Below are positions 1 through 9,720 of a stretch of 64,000 nucleotides of DNA, in pieces (positions within the stretch are counted from its first letter, which is position 1; each line of letters opens with the position of its first letter). Made by a program: the position numbers and the translations under genes. The stretch comes from Candidatus Latescibacterota bacterium (lineage in GTDB: Bacteria > Latescibacterota > UBA2968): NCBI GenBank assembly GCA_965204745.1, contig OZ242010.1, forward strand, positions 1,984,001-2,048,000, written 5' to 3'. The notes under the pieces were generated by a model that was not told the origin of the DNA, did not search any database, and saw only the letters and a list, made by a program, of their open reading frames with translations.

Positions 1-111
1 TTTAGAAATTCACAATCTCCGGTCATCAAATTCATAAAAATTGCCCTTTGATGAGGAGTAAATTTGGTATTATATTGTAATATCTGTAAACGCTATCCAT
101 GGAGGAGTTCG

Positions 112-291
112 ATGAAAAAAGAAGTTTATCCTCTGCCCATAAAAAAGTTGTCGCTTGGTGAGTTGCTGGAAAAAGGTAATGAGGTGATCCTACAGCAACG
201 TGCGGAAACGGCGAGAAAAATGGCTGAGATCTTTGACGCTGCCAAAAAATATGGTTTGGACAAAAAAGAGCCCCCCGAGGGTCAGGGGTAA
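112..291 (+). CDS. small hypothetical protein (59 aa)
   Basis: ATG at 112 preceded by GGAGGAG (101-107); AT-rich context; no recognised motif. Confidence 0.5.
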   Translation: MKKEVYPLPIKKLSLGELLEKGNEVILQQRAETARKMAEIFDAAKKYGLDKKEPPEGQG

Positions 292-428
292 AGGGTGCCT
301 CTGAATAAGGTGACTATCGAAACCATAGAAGTCTCTCAAAGAGCGTATCATGAGGTCCTTTTAGCGAATAGGATTGGAGACAGGTACGTCACTAAATGTA
401 TCACACATTGCCATAGATTTTCGCCAGC

Positions 429-462
429 AAAAAAGCCGGTCACATTGTGATCGGCTTTTTTT
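429..462. terminator. bidirectional rho-independent terminator
   Basis: AAAAAAGCCGGTCAC-att-GTGATCGGCTTTTTTT hairpin with A and T tracts on either side. Confidence 0.7.
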
Positions 463-558
463 GTTTGAGAAGCAATCCGTTGTACCCCATGCCCATGCCC
501 ATTCATCAACGGAGCGCATCGGGTTTTGGGCGGTTGGGTGGGGACTGACCACTGACTA

Positions 559-961
559 GGTTGTGTTGACATTTACGAGCCATGCACCGGCTTGAGCGGT
601 TTATCGAGAAAATCAAGCCCTGACGTTCCTCAGTTCAAAGCAGGCATCACAACAAGTGCCCTCGCAAAACCCCTCCGATCAAGCCATCACGCACAGCGCG
701 CAAGGCCGTTTCGCAACCAACATCCCTGTTGCAACCCACTTTGCAGGCTGGCGCATATCGTTCTGTTACAAAAGCGATTTGCGCTGTGCAAGCCTCTCGG
801 CGTTTGAGAGCGGCATTTTTTGCTTACTTTTTTTTGCTGTTGAAAAAAAGTAAGTCGCCGAAGGCATCGGAGGCAACAAACGAGGCTGTAGTACCAAACG
901 CATTAAATCAGCAAGCAACACGTTTGTTTAACGTCATAAAAAATAAAATGTCAACACAACC
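559..961 (+). mobile_element. MITE family A, copy 1 (~403 bp, non-autonomous)
   Basis: Terminal inverted repeats GGTTGTGTTGACATTT / AAATGTCAACACAACC; TA on both sides (557-558, 962-963); ends shared with the copies at 17690, 45705 and 49168. Confidence 0.85.
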
Positions 962-988
962 TACTGACCACTGACCACTCGTCTTGGA

Positions 989-1567
989 TTATCCCCGCCG
1001 GCCTCTACCGCGGCGGCGGGAGTCGTGGCGAGAGCCCATGGGCAGGTAGGTGCGGGCGATTTTTTGGCTGGCGCGGTCGAGCTTGGTGAAATCGGAGATT
1101 TTGTAGCGTTTGCGCGTGATGGTGTCTGTGAAGACTACTTCGGGAAATGCGTTGAGGTTTTGGTTTTGGTCGCCGCGCAGGGTGAAGCGCGTGGGGCCTT
1201 CTCCGGTGGTGACGTGCCAGACCGCGCCGCCCTGTTTGCCGGTTTCGATGGCGCGGAGGGATTGAATGATGGGGATGTCGTAGCGGGCTTTGAGGTGTGC
1301 TTCGAGCGAGGTGCGCGCGCCTGCATTTAAGCCGTTGAGCGTGGGCAAAAGCCCGAGTTCTGCGCCGGTTTCATCGCGGAGGCTGATCCAGCGATCCGGC
1401 GTTGTGAAGGGAAAACAGCGCACCGCTCGCTCGACAGTCAATTCCTCGGCATTGGCGATGAGGAGGAGGCCCGCGCCGTTTGGGCGAATGTCGATGGCGT
1501 GCGGGACGAGTTGGTGTTGGGTGACGAGGTTGATGGCCGGGACAAAAGGAGAGACGTGATCGGGCAT
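989..1567 (-). CDS. DUF1854-like protein, downstream of ABC transporter
   Basis: RCFPxTxPDRWISLRDxxGxELG and WxVxTxxG pattern; typical position after an ABCB-type transporter. Confidence 0.7.
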   Translation of the reverse strand: MPDHVSPFVPAINLVTQHQLVPHAIDIRPNGAGLLLIANAEELTVERAVRCFPFTTPDRWISLRDETGAELGLLPTLNGLNAGARTSLEAHLKARYDIPIIQSLRAIETGKQGGAVWHVTTGEGPTRFTLRGDQNQNLNAFPEVVFTDTITRKRYKISDFTKLDRASQKIARTYLPMGSRHDSRRRGRGRRG

Positions 1568-1597
1568 GGGCGAGTCCTTTGTGTGACGATAGATGGC

Positions 1598-3391
1598 CTA
1601 CGAGATGGGGTTTTCTGCGAGGGCAAATTGCATGTCGCACAAGTGAGCGTACAAGCCAGCGCTGGCGAGCAGTTGGGCATGGGTGCCGGATTCCACGATT
1701 TTGCCGCGGTCGATGACGTAGAGACAATCGGCGCGGCGCACGGTGGATAGGCGATGGGCGATAGCAAAGGTGGTGCGCCCTGCCATGAGGCGTTCGAGGG
1801 CTTTTTGAATGAGCATCTCGGTTTCCGTATCGACAGAGGACGTGGCTTCGTCGAGGATGAGGATGCGCGGGTCGTTGAGGATGGCGCGGCCGATAGAGAT
1901 GCGTTGTTTTTCACCGCCGGATAAGCGCACGCCCCGCTCGCCGATGTGCGTGTCGTAAGCATCGGGAAAGTTGCAGACAAAGTCGTGTGCGTTGGCCATC
2001 ATCGCGGCGTTGATGATGTCGTCTTCGGTGGCGTTGAGTTTGCCGTAGGCGATGTTTTCGCGGATGGTGCCGTTGAAGAGGAATGGCTCTTGCAAGACCA
2101 TGCCGATTTGCCCGCGCAAGGATGCGCGTTGCATGTTTTTGAGGTCGCGGTCATCCACGCGCACCGCGCCAGCATCCGGGTCGTAGAAGCGGCATATCAA
2201 ATTGATCATGGTGGTTTTGCCCGCGCCGCTAGGGCCGACAAGGCCGATGAGTTGCCCGGGTTGGACTGCGAAGGAGACGTCGTTGAGCACGGCCGGGCCG
2301 CGTTCGTACGCGAAGACGACGTTTTGAAATTCGACGTAGCCGTCCAAGCGGGCAAAGGCGCGGGCCTTGGGGGCGTCTTTGATTTCGGGCTGGGTGTCGA
2401 GGATTTCAAAAATGCGGCGGGCCGAGGCCGCGGCGCGCACGATGGTGTCGTTGATGCGGGTCAGGCTTTCCACGGGGCCGTAGAACCGCCAGAGATAGCT
2501 TTGAAAGGCAAAGAGGGTGCCGATGGTGAGGTCGCCCAAGATGATCTGCCGCCCGCCGAAGAAGAGGATGAGGAGAGGGCCCATCGAAATAATCAAGCGG
2601 GCCAAGGGAAAGAAGGCCACGCGGATTTTGATGAGGGTGATGCTGATGTCGAGAAAGGCTTTGCACTTTTGGGTGAAGCGCGACAACTCGTGGCCCTCGC
2701 GGGCAAAGCACTTGATCACGCGGATGCCCGATAGGTTGTCTTGCAACAACGCGCTGATGTCGGCGATGCGCTCGCGTGCCATCGTGTAGTAGGGCCGCAC
2801 TTTGTGGTTGTAGAGGAGGATGAGGACGCTGTACATCGGCAGCGGGGCCAAGGTGATGAGGGCGAGTTCAAAGCTGAGGCCAAAGAGAATGCTGCCAAAG
2901 ATCAGGATGGTCGCGACGTTGAGGAGCACGCGCTCTAAGGTGTCGGTGATGGTGTTTTGCAGGGATTCGACATCTGCTGTGACGCGGGACATGAGTTCGC
3001 CGGTGCTGCGGTCATTGTAAAAACGCAATCCCAAGTGTTGGAGATGGTCATAGACTTGCACGCGCAGGCCGAAGAGGATTTCCTGCCCGACCCGGTTGAG
3101 CAAGTAGCGGTTGATGAAGCCAAAAAAGGTGCGGAGAATGTAAATTCCCAACAGGATGAGGGCGTAGAATTGCAGCAGGTCAAAGTCGCTTGCGATTCGC
3201 TCGTCCAAGAAGTCGCCGCCGCTATAATGGCCGTCGCTGAAGTACGGGGTTAGGATGTTGTCGATCACCTCGCGCATGAGCAGGGGTTGCACGGCTTCGA
3301 GCGCGATGACGACGAGCGTGGCGCCGATGCCGATGATGGCGCGCCCGAGGTAGGGGCGAATGTAGGTGATGAGGCGGAGGAAGACGTCCAT
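1598..3391 (-). CDS. ABC transporter, fused permease/ATP-binding (MsbA/ABCB-like)
   Basis: N-terminal TM helices; Walker A GPSGAGKTT, signature LSGGEKQR, Walker B ILILDEATS, AHRLST; likely start MDVFLRL at 3391. Confidence 0.95.
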   Translation of the reverse strand: MDVFLRLITYIRPYLGRAIIGIGATLVVIALEAVQPLLMREVIDNILTPYFSDGHYSGGDFLDERIASDFDLLQFYALILLGIYILRTFFGFINRYLLNRVGQEILFGLRVQVYDHLQHLGLRFYNDRSTGELMSRVTADVESLQNTITDTLERVLLNVATILIFGSILFGLSFELALITLAPLPMYSVLILLYNHKVRPYYTMARERIADISALLQDNLSGIRVIKCFAREGHELSRFTQKCKAFLDISITLIKIRVAFFPLARLIISMGPLLILFFGGRQIILGDLTIGTLFAFQSYLWRFYGPVESLTRINDTIVRAAASARRIFEILDTQPEIKDAPKARAFARLDGYVEFQNVVFAYERGPAVLNDVSFAVQPGQLIGLVGPSGAGKTTMINLICRFYDPDAGAVRVDDRDLKNMQRASLRGQIGMVLQEPFLFNGTIRENIAYGKLNATEDDIINAAMMANAHDFVCNFPDAYDTHIGERGVRLSGGEKQRISIGRAILNDPRILILDEATSSVDTETEMLIQKALERLMAGRTTFAIAHRLSTVRRADCLYVIDRGKIVESGTHAQLLASAGLYAHLCDMQFALAENPIS

Positions 3392-3410
3392 AAGCGGTAG
3401 GGGATGCGGA

Positions 3411-4034
3411 TCACGGGTTGACGATGTGGTCGGTGGAGACGACTTCGACGCCCCGTTGTCGCCACTCGGCAACCATGAGGTCGCCGCGTTCGGGGATGAT
3501 GGCTTGCGTGGCGTCGCGGACGAGTTGAATGGGGGCCGTGTCGCGCTTTAGGAAGCCGTTGATCGCATGCGCGTTGCACACGTCGAGGGCGACGCCGTAG
3601 AGGACGATGCGATCCGGGGCGATGGCGTTGAGCACGGGATCGACATGGGGATTGGTGAAGACGTCGAAGCGTTGTTTGCGAAAGAGGATTTCGCCGCGGT
3701 GGTTTTGCACTTGGGCGATGAGATCGGCAGGGGCGTCTGGGTCGATCCACAGGGGATTTTGCGGTCGGGTTTCGGGCACTTTTTGTTGCCCCGAGGTGCC
3801 GGCGATGCAATGGGGGGGAAAGGTGTTTTGAAAGTCTGGCCGGTCGGAGATTTCGGGGTCGTCCAAGCGGTGGTTGTCAACCGAGCCGAAGATGGGGATG
3901 CCCCGTTGTTGCGCGTGGCGCGTGAGGCGTTGGAGATTTGGCAAGATCGCTTCTGCGCCGGTGACGTAGAGGTCGCCGTCGGGCATGATGAAGTCGTATT
4001 GGGTATCCACGTCCCAGAAGATGACACGGGGCAC
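3411..4034 (-). CDS. nicotinamidase / isochorismatase-family cysteine hydrolase
   Basis: DVDTQYDF, FPPHCIAGT, RKQRFDVF, GVALDVC motifs. Confidence 0.85.
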   Translation of the reverse strand: MPRVIFWDVDTQYDFIMPDGDLYVTGAEAILPNLQRLTRHAQQRGIPIFGSVDNHRLDDPEISDRPDFQNTFPPHCIAGTSGQQKVPETRPQNPLWIDPDAPADLIAQVQNHRGEILFRKQRFDVFTNPHVDPVLNAIAPDRIVLYGVALDVCNAHAINGFLKRDTAPIQLVRDATQAIIPERGDLMVAEWRQRGVEVVSTDHIVNP

Positions 4035-4113
4035 GATGGCCTCCTTTCCGCGGAAAATCCGTCGTCATGATAGGGCGTTGGGGAGAAAGACGCAACTGTT
4101 GATTGGGCGCGCC

Positions 4114-4155
4114 AAAAAAAGAAAATCCCCGGTGCGCTACGGCAACCGAGGATTT
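4114..4155 (-). terminator. rho-independent terminator after the (reconstructed) CBS gene
   Basis: Minus strand AAATCCTCGGT...ACCGGGGATTT followed by TCTTTTTTT. Confidence 0.6.
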
Positions 4156-4197
4156 ATCGATCAGGCAACGAGGACGGATCCATGCGAACCTCCTGTT

Positions 4198-4242
4198 TTA
4201 CGATGCGCGCCAATCCAAGGTGACGAAGTCTTTGTACTGCGT
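4198..4242 (-). pseudogene. orphaned 3' end of the CBS-domain gene (TQYKDFVTLDWRAS*)
   Basis: Joins in frame to ...HVEEEV of the 5988-6413 gene when the IS607 element is removed at the shared TG. Confidence 0.75.
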
Positions 4243-4299
4243 CAGATACCTTTCTGTTGACCATTATTGAGCATCCAATCATGGTTCAACCAGTGCAAG

Positions 4300-5427
4300 T
4301 CACGCCAAACAGCGACGCAACTTGGGGGTATCTCCCAAAGCACGAAGAAAAATACCCCGTGCGCCGTTGATATCTCGATCCATCGCCTGACCATCTATTC
4401 TGCTACGAATGACCCGCGCACCACCTAACTTCTTCACCACCTCGCCTGTCCAACTGACCGTCTTGGACGTGTATGCCTCGTTCACATCCAAAACCAACTT
4501 GCCCATCTCAAATGCCTTGTGCTTCAAAAACTGCTTGAAACGATAATGAGCAAACGTCAAAAGACTACGGACAGACTTGCTACGAAGACAACGCTGACCA
4601 CGAACAACCATCTCGCTCGTACCAAAGGTCGGCAACAAGATCACATCATAATTGTCAACCAACCAACGAGACACCTGCTTGTGTAACTCATCGACCAAAT
4701 CACGTATCCGACAACGCATACGCTTAATCGCACGACCAAGACGACTCCTACGATAACCCTTCGCCCTCGCCTTACGACCAATCACCCCATCAAGATGAAC
4801 ACACAAACGATGTACCTGACCAAAATCGCCCTCGCCAATCTTACCACAACCATTTTCAGAATAGAACGTCAAGAAACTACGAATACCCGGATCAAGTGCC
4901 ACAACACGCCCTTGAGTCTCGGCTACGCACCGTGGACTTGAATAAGGCACAGTAACATAGTACCGGCCATTGTAACTCACAAAACGACCATCCCTCGGTA
5001 CAACAGACAACGGCTCCGACAAACGAATATCGCCAAGACTGCGAGGATAGATCGCCGTCAAATCCTTATTCCACGCATCCTTGCTCAAAACAAACGACTG
5101 CATAGGATTCTTGCGACTGCGAAAATGTAACTTAACCTTACGCTTTATACCTTTATCCTTCAAATCCTTACGCTTCTTCTTTACCGCCTCATGTGCCCGA
5201 TACGCATCCGTTATCGCACCATTTAATACCCTACAAGGCACATCCCTAAATCGCTTAGGCATCACAGCACGCACGATATCACGCATCTCATACTCATGAA
5301 GAGAAAAACCCAAACGATACAATGACACGGCCTCGTTATACATCCAACGACTACCTGACATCCATAACTTGACCAACTCACGCTGGTCACTTGTCAGATA
5401 GACTCTTATCTTTCTTGATTTTGTCAC
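4300..5427 (-). CDS. tnpB: TnpB RNA-guided endonuclease (IS607-associated, pro-Fanzor-like)
   Basis: RuvC motifs ALDPGIRSF, NEAYTSK, DRDINGARGI; N-terminal KSRKIRVY...QRELVKLW; start uncertain (GTG at 5427; frame is open to 5853). Confidence 0.9.
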   Translation of the reverse strand: MTKSRKIRVYLTSDQRELVKLWMSGSRWMYNEAVSLYRLGFSLHEYEMRDIVRAVMPKRFRDVPCRVLNGAITDAYRAHEAVKKKRKDLKDKGIKRKVKLHFRSRKNPMQSFVLSKDAWNKDLTAIYPRSLGDIRLSEPLSVVPRDGRFVSYNGRYYVTVPYSSPRCVAETQGRVVALDPGIRSFLTFYSENGCGKIGEGDFGQVHRLCVHLDGVIGRKARAKGYRRSRLGRAIKRMRCRIRDLVDELHKQVSRWLVDNYDVILLPTFGTSEMVVRGQRCLRSKSVRSLLTFAHYRFKQFLKHKAFEMGKLVLDVNEAYTSKTVSWTGEVVKKLGGARVIRSRIDGQAMDRDINGARGIFLRALGDTPKLRRCLA

Positions 5428-5959
5428 GATACTTGCGGAGTCCGTACAGCCGACAAGAGAACGGATGGAGCATGGACAAAATATCTTCCGTGAGTTCTTG
5501 TTCCGGACTGCAACTTGACTCGTCGAGAACCACGACATCGCCCCCGTTTTGCTTTGCCAACCAGTCAATAAGTTCAAAGCCGAACCGTGCAAGACGGTCT
5601 TGGTGGGCAACCACAATGCGCAACTTCTCTCCGCCGTGTAAGCGTTCCAATAGGGCAACAAGGCCTTTCCGCTTCCCGTTGAGACCTCCCCCAATGTCTT
5701 TGACGATCTCTGCGCCGGGATAACGGGATTGAAGCGCGACTTGACTTTGCAAGTCATCTCTTTGTCCGTAACTGCTGACACGGGCGTAGCACACAACGGC
5801 AACGCCAACGGATTCCCGCAAGAACGCATCGACATTGTATAACCTCTTTCCACCTAGACTACGGATATGCTCAATCCGACCACCATTTGCCCACCTTCTC
5901 AACGTGCTCGGATGAACCCCAAGCAAAGCAACAGCCTTGCGAGTATTTACATAAGACAT
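5387..5959 (-). CDS. tnpA: IS607 TnpA serine recombinase
   Basis: MerR-like HTH (LGVHPSTLRRW), YARVSS catalytic motif, DRLARFGF. Confidence 0.93.
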   Translation of the reverse strand: MSYVNTRKAVALLGVHPSTLRRWANGGRIEHIRSLGGKRLYNVDAFLRESVGVAVVCYARVSSYGQRDDLQSQVALQSRYPGAEIVKDIGGGLNGKRKGLVALLERLHGGEKLRIVVAHQDRLARFGFELIDWLAKQNGGDVVVLDESSCSPEQELTEDILSMLHPFSCRLYGLRKYRDKIKKDKSLSDK

Positions 5960-5987
5960 AGACAATAATATAGACAAACAACAAAAG

Positions 5988-6413
5988 TCAACAAATCATT
6001 TTACTACATGTTAGCACCTCCTCTTCGACATGTTGCAATTTGGCTTTGACAATGTCGCCGATAGAGATGATGCCGACGAGGGTGTTTTCGTCATCCAAGA
6101 CGGGCATGTGGCGAAAGCGGCCTTCTGTCATTTTTGCCATGACGTATTCGATGTCGTGATCCGGATTGCCCGTGACGAGGTCGCGCGTCATGACGTCTTC
6201 AACGCGCACGGCCCGCAAGTCCGTGTCTTTGTACACTTCGCGCATGAGATCGCGCTCGGTGATGATGCCGAGCAAGGTGCCTGTGTGATCGTGTGCGATG
6301 AGCGCGCCGATTTTGTTTTCGATCAGGGTCGCCAGGGCCAAATACAAGGTGTGGTGGGGTTCAATGGTGAGGACGCGAGTGCCCTTTTGGTTGAGGATGT
6401 CCCGAATGGTCAT
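5988..6413 (-). pseudogene. CBS-domain protein, C-terminus displaced by IS607
   Basis: Two CBS repeats (GIITERD; RHMPV...GIISIGDIVK); AGGAGG RBS at 6421-6426; last codons derive from the IS end. Confidence 0.85.
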
Positions 6414-6759
6414 GATCGTTCCTCCTAAAAAAAGACGATGCCGATGAAAAGCGATTTGCAGCCGAACTTTCATCGGCTCAAATTTTCCGGTGGCATGGCC
6501 CTCCTCCTGTTGTGGTGTTCGCAGTGGTGTTTGGGAGAATATACACCGGGCAAAACCATAAGTCAACGCTTTATTATTTTGAAAAGTATTATTGCTAATA
6601 ATACGCCTACACAACGTTACAACGCGCTTATGTTTTTGACGACAAGCCTTCAAGAGAGGGGATTGATTTTGCATTGCCAACGGGTCACAAATTGATTTTT
6701 ATGTTCAGCGGTCGTGCGGAGGTATCGTTCAGAAAAACTTAGCTTTTTAGGACAATGCG

Positions 6760-7995
6760 ATGGTTACATGGGATTGGACAAAAAATACTTGGGAATGCGA
6801 TGCGTGTGGCGCATCGGACAATCACGCCCTCGCCAATTTTTGCGCTCGGTGTGGGGCTTTGATCACGGATAAAGTCGTCTCTGTTGCGGCGCCTCCAAGC
6901 CCTTCGGAAGACCACCAGCCCGAGGAACATTTGGTTCTGCTTAGAGGGCCCGATGTGCTTTTGAACATCTTTGGCGTTGCATTGGTCGGAAAGAAAGCGA
7001 CCGGGAATATGACGGCTTTTCCCGATCCCCTCCGCGAAAGCAGTTCTTTTGACCTTCCCCACATGGACAAAGGGATCGCGCAAGTCCGTTTTGACCAAGG
7101 GTGGGTCTATGTTCTGGATGCTCTGGGCACGCTTTTTGTTTTTCCGACATCGGCACTTCGCGACGGGTCTATGGCTCGGAGTACCAAATGGCGGCGTTGT
7201 GCTGAAAATGTACACAAATTTTGGTCGTTCAAAGACAGGCTGATCGTCCTCGGCGAAGAAGGCCGGGAGATAAAAATGGGGGCGAGACCAGCCGTACAAA
7301 ATTTTTGGCGAGAAAAGGAGATGGGTTACGAACCGCAAAAAATAGAATCGCCATTTGAAGTTGAAACGCTGGTCCCGCTCCAGGGCGGGGATTTTCTGGT
7401 GGCTCTCGTGGGAAATAACCAAATGGCCTTGTTGTCCGATGAAGGTGTTTCCGATCCGTACGAGGGATTTGTAGATGGAGACCCTTGCATAGGCGCAAAC
7501 CGCGAAGGCATGCTCCGCTTGGCAACCACACTGGAAAATCGCGAGGTTAGGGTGGTTTCCTTTCAGCGCGATACCACGCAACTCCTTCCAGACGCCATAC
7601 CCGATTTACGAGCGACAGCCCTTCGCACCATAGATATCGATGGTCGAGATTGGTTTGTCGCGGTGACGAGTGATGGCATCCATTTGATAGACCCCTTGAA
7701 TCGCAATATCGCGGCAAGCCGCGAGGTTTTCATGAAGCCGGCGGATATGTGTGCCTCTTTTGGCAATCTCGTTGCGGGCTTTCAAGACGATGAAGACCCG
7801 GCCGGGTCGTCTCAAATGGCGTTGTTCCGGTTTGATCGTCACGCTATTTCTCGCTTGCACGCTTGGTCACTCAAGCCAGGGCTTAAACCCGTGACTGCGC
7901 CGGCGGGTTTTGGGCATGGCTTGTATGTGTTGATGCAGGAACGAAATCTCACAACGCTGTGCTGTTACGCGCTCTGTGGAGATGGAAGGGGTTAG
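6760..7995 (+). CDS. double zinc-ribbon protein with beta-strand-rich (propeller-like) C-terminal region
   Basis: CDACG...NFCARCG at N-terminus; first gene of the co-directional cluster. Confidence 0.7.
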   Translation: MVTWDWTKNTWECDACGASDNHALANFCARCGALITDKVVSVAAPPSPSEDHQPEEHLVLLRGPDVLLNIFGVALVGKKATGNMTAFPDPLRESSSFDLPHMDKGIAQVRFDQGWVYVLDALGTLFVFPTSALRDGSMARSTKWRRCAENVHKFWSFKDRLIVLGEEGREIKMGARPAVQNFWREKEMGYEPQKIESPFEVETLVPLQGGDFLVALVGNNQMALLSDEGVSDPYEGFVDGDPCIGANREGMLRLATTLENREVRVVSFQRDTTQLLPDAIPDLRATALRTIDIDGRDWFVAVTSDGIHLIDPLNRNIAASREVFMKPADMCASFGNLVAGFQDDEDPAGSSQMALFRFDRHAISRLHAWSLKPGLKPVTAPAGFGHGLYVLMQERNLTTLCCYALCGDGRG

Positions 7996-7998
7996 GCT

Positions 7999-9705
7999 AT
8001 GATACGAGTTATTTTTTTGAGCCTGTTGTGCGCGTTGACCTCATCGGTGGATGCACAACAGGTCAGCATACAGGTCGATGGATCCGGTTCTATGGCTGGT
8101 TTCGACAACAGCGCGGAACTCGGTACCTTGGTCGATGTCTTGGAAAAGGCGTGTGAACGGGCGGGCATGCCCTCAGAGACGGTCTTTTTTGTTTCCACCC
8201 GGTCAGATACCGTCGCTTGGCGCGATGCAGAGCGTTTTCAAAAGACAAAGGCGTGGGGGGGATATACCAATCTCGAAGCGGCGTTTAATACGGGATACGA
8301 TAGGGCGCCGATTGTGATGATGCTGACGGACAATGTTCAGGCGGCCAGCGACTTGGACGCGCGAGCACTTTATGCTTGTTTTGCCCGCGATACCATCGAG
8401 GTCTTGCGGGCGATTCCCTTGAAGCGAAGGTTTGCGGGGGTGCTATCCAATCCCCTGCCGGATAGGGGACGGGATGCGTTGCGACGCCTGAATCCGAATG
8501 CCGAAATCCAATTCCGATCAGACGGTCGGCTTTACTACAAAGGGATGAAGGGGTTCGTCCTCTATTTGTTTTTGACACAGGCGCGCTATCGATCCCAATA
8601 CGAGCACCTCGTCGCAGCCTTGCAGAAAGAGGGTATGGAGCCGATGGCGATGAAGCCGATTGACGATGCGATTATTTTGAATCGCGGCGCGATCAGGCCC
8701 ATCGTCGTATCCTTGGACAAAAGAAATCAACTGCGTTTTAATTTTACACTGGAGTCGCGGCTCGAGCATATCAATATCGAACCCTCGGAATCGGAAAATT
8801 CGGATGTGCGGTTCAAAGTCCAGTCCCCGCAAGTCCATGCGCGCAGGGTTGAAGACCGCATGTTATTGGGCCGCCGGTCTTCTCACTACGGCCGGGTCAG
8901 CCCGCCAACACTCATCGACACGCTGTCGTCTGCCGCCGAGCATACTTCTGTCTATACCTGCCTGGTACACTTTGGCCCTTTTCGGCCCGGGCATCAAAAT
9001 TTTTGGGAGTACTTAAGCCTCGCCCGAATCGGCCCTGTGCCTGCGGATTATTTTTTTTCTGTCGCAATCGAAATCCCGCCGCATTCGTTTCGCATGACCC
9101 AGGCTTACAAAGAGCGATACTTCACGGACCAGCCGGGTGTGTTGGATCGCATCTATACGCCTGCGGACCTCATCCAGTACCTCCACCAGCAACCCGCAAC
9201 CGTCGTGCCCCGGGATGGGACTATTTCTGGCGAGCTACGAGTCTCGCCCCTCGTAGGCCCTTGGATCGCGTGGATAGCACTTTGTCTCGTTTTGATAGGG
9301 GTGGTTGGCACACTGGTTTGGATCGCGTTTTATCCGATAAAATACCGGCTTACAGACAGCTTGAATCAAGTTCAGGAGCATGTGGCGCGACCTCTGCATC
9401 GGCCGGTTGATCTCAAAATTTCAAATGCCGCAGGCGACGAGATCGGTTTGGGAACGATTGAGCGACGCGCTGTTTTTCGGTTTGTCCTCTGCCCGGATGA
9501 GGGCGTTCGGGTGGAAGATGTTTTGGGCAATGATCTGGTGGAAGAATTGAGGGCGAGAGGAGGGGAAGATGGCGACGCGCAGGATCATAACGGTGCAGAG
9601 GAAGAACAGAAAGAGATTGAGGTGTTGTTAGAGCCGGGTAAGGTGTTGACCTTGGAAAAAGGCGATCTGTCGGTGGATCTCGAGCGCGTGGTTGCGCGAT
9701 TTTGA
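7999..9705 (+). CDS. membrane-anchored vWA-like protein
   Basis: Signal peptide; MIDAS-like DGSGS, TNLEAAF, LTDNVQ; one TM helix (WIAWIALCLVLIGVVGTLVWIAF); acidic C-terminal domain. Confidence 0.7.
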   Translation: MIRVIFLSLLCALTSSVDAQQVSIQVDGSGSMAGFDNSAELGTLVDVLEKACERAGMPSETVFFVSTRSDTVAWRDAERFQKTKAWGGYTNLEAAFNTGYDRAPIVMMLTDNVQAASDLDARALYACFARDTIEVLRAIPLKRRFAGVLSNPLPDRGRDALRRLNPNAEIQFRSDGRLYYKGMKGFVLYLFLTQARYRSQYEHLVAALQKEGMEPMAMKPIDDAIILNRGAIRPIVVSLDKRNQLRFNFTLESRLEHINIEPSESENSDVRFKVQSPQVHARRVEDRMLLGRRSSHYGRVSPPTLIDTLSSAAEHTSVYTCLVHFGPFRPGHQNFWEYLSLARIGPVPADYFFSVAIEIPPHSFRMTQAYKERYFTDQPGVLDRIYTPADLIQYLHQQPATVVPRDGTISGELRVSPLVGPWIAWIALCLVLIGVVGTLVWIAFYPIKYRLTDSLNQVQEHVARPLHRPVDLKISNAAGDEIGLGTIERRAVFRFVLCPDEGVRVEDVLGNDLVEELRARGGEDGDAQDHNGAEEEQKEIEVLLEPGKVLTLEKGDLSVDLERVVARF

Positions 9706-9720
9706 ATGGGAGAGTTGGCG

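Larger units (their letters stand above)
4243..6016 (-). mobile_element. IS607-family insertion sequence (tnpA serine recombinase + tnpB)
   Basis: Overlapping tnpA/tnpB; no TIR or TSD; TG dinucleotide at both junctions; lower GC than flanks. Confidence 0.9.

Noticed and set aside
592-974. Short ORFs recurring at 17796-18034, 36604-37040, 45771-46163 and 49172-49485
   Set aside because: They lie within MITE/REP repeats; the similarity is DNA-level and frames are not conserved
4243-6016. IStron (group I intron-IS607 hybrid)
   Set aside because: Only ~55 bp separate the left end from tnpA, leaving no room for a ribozyme core
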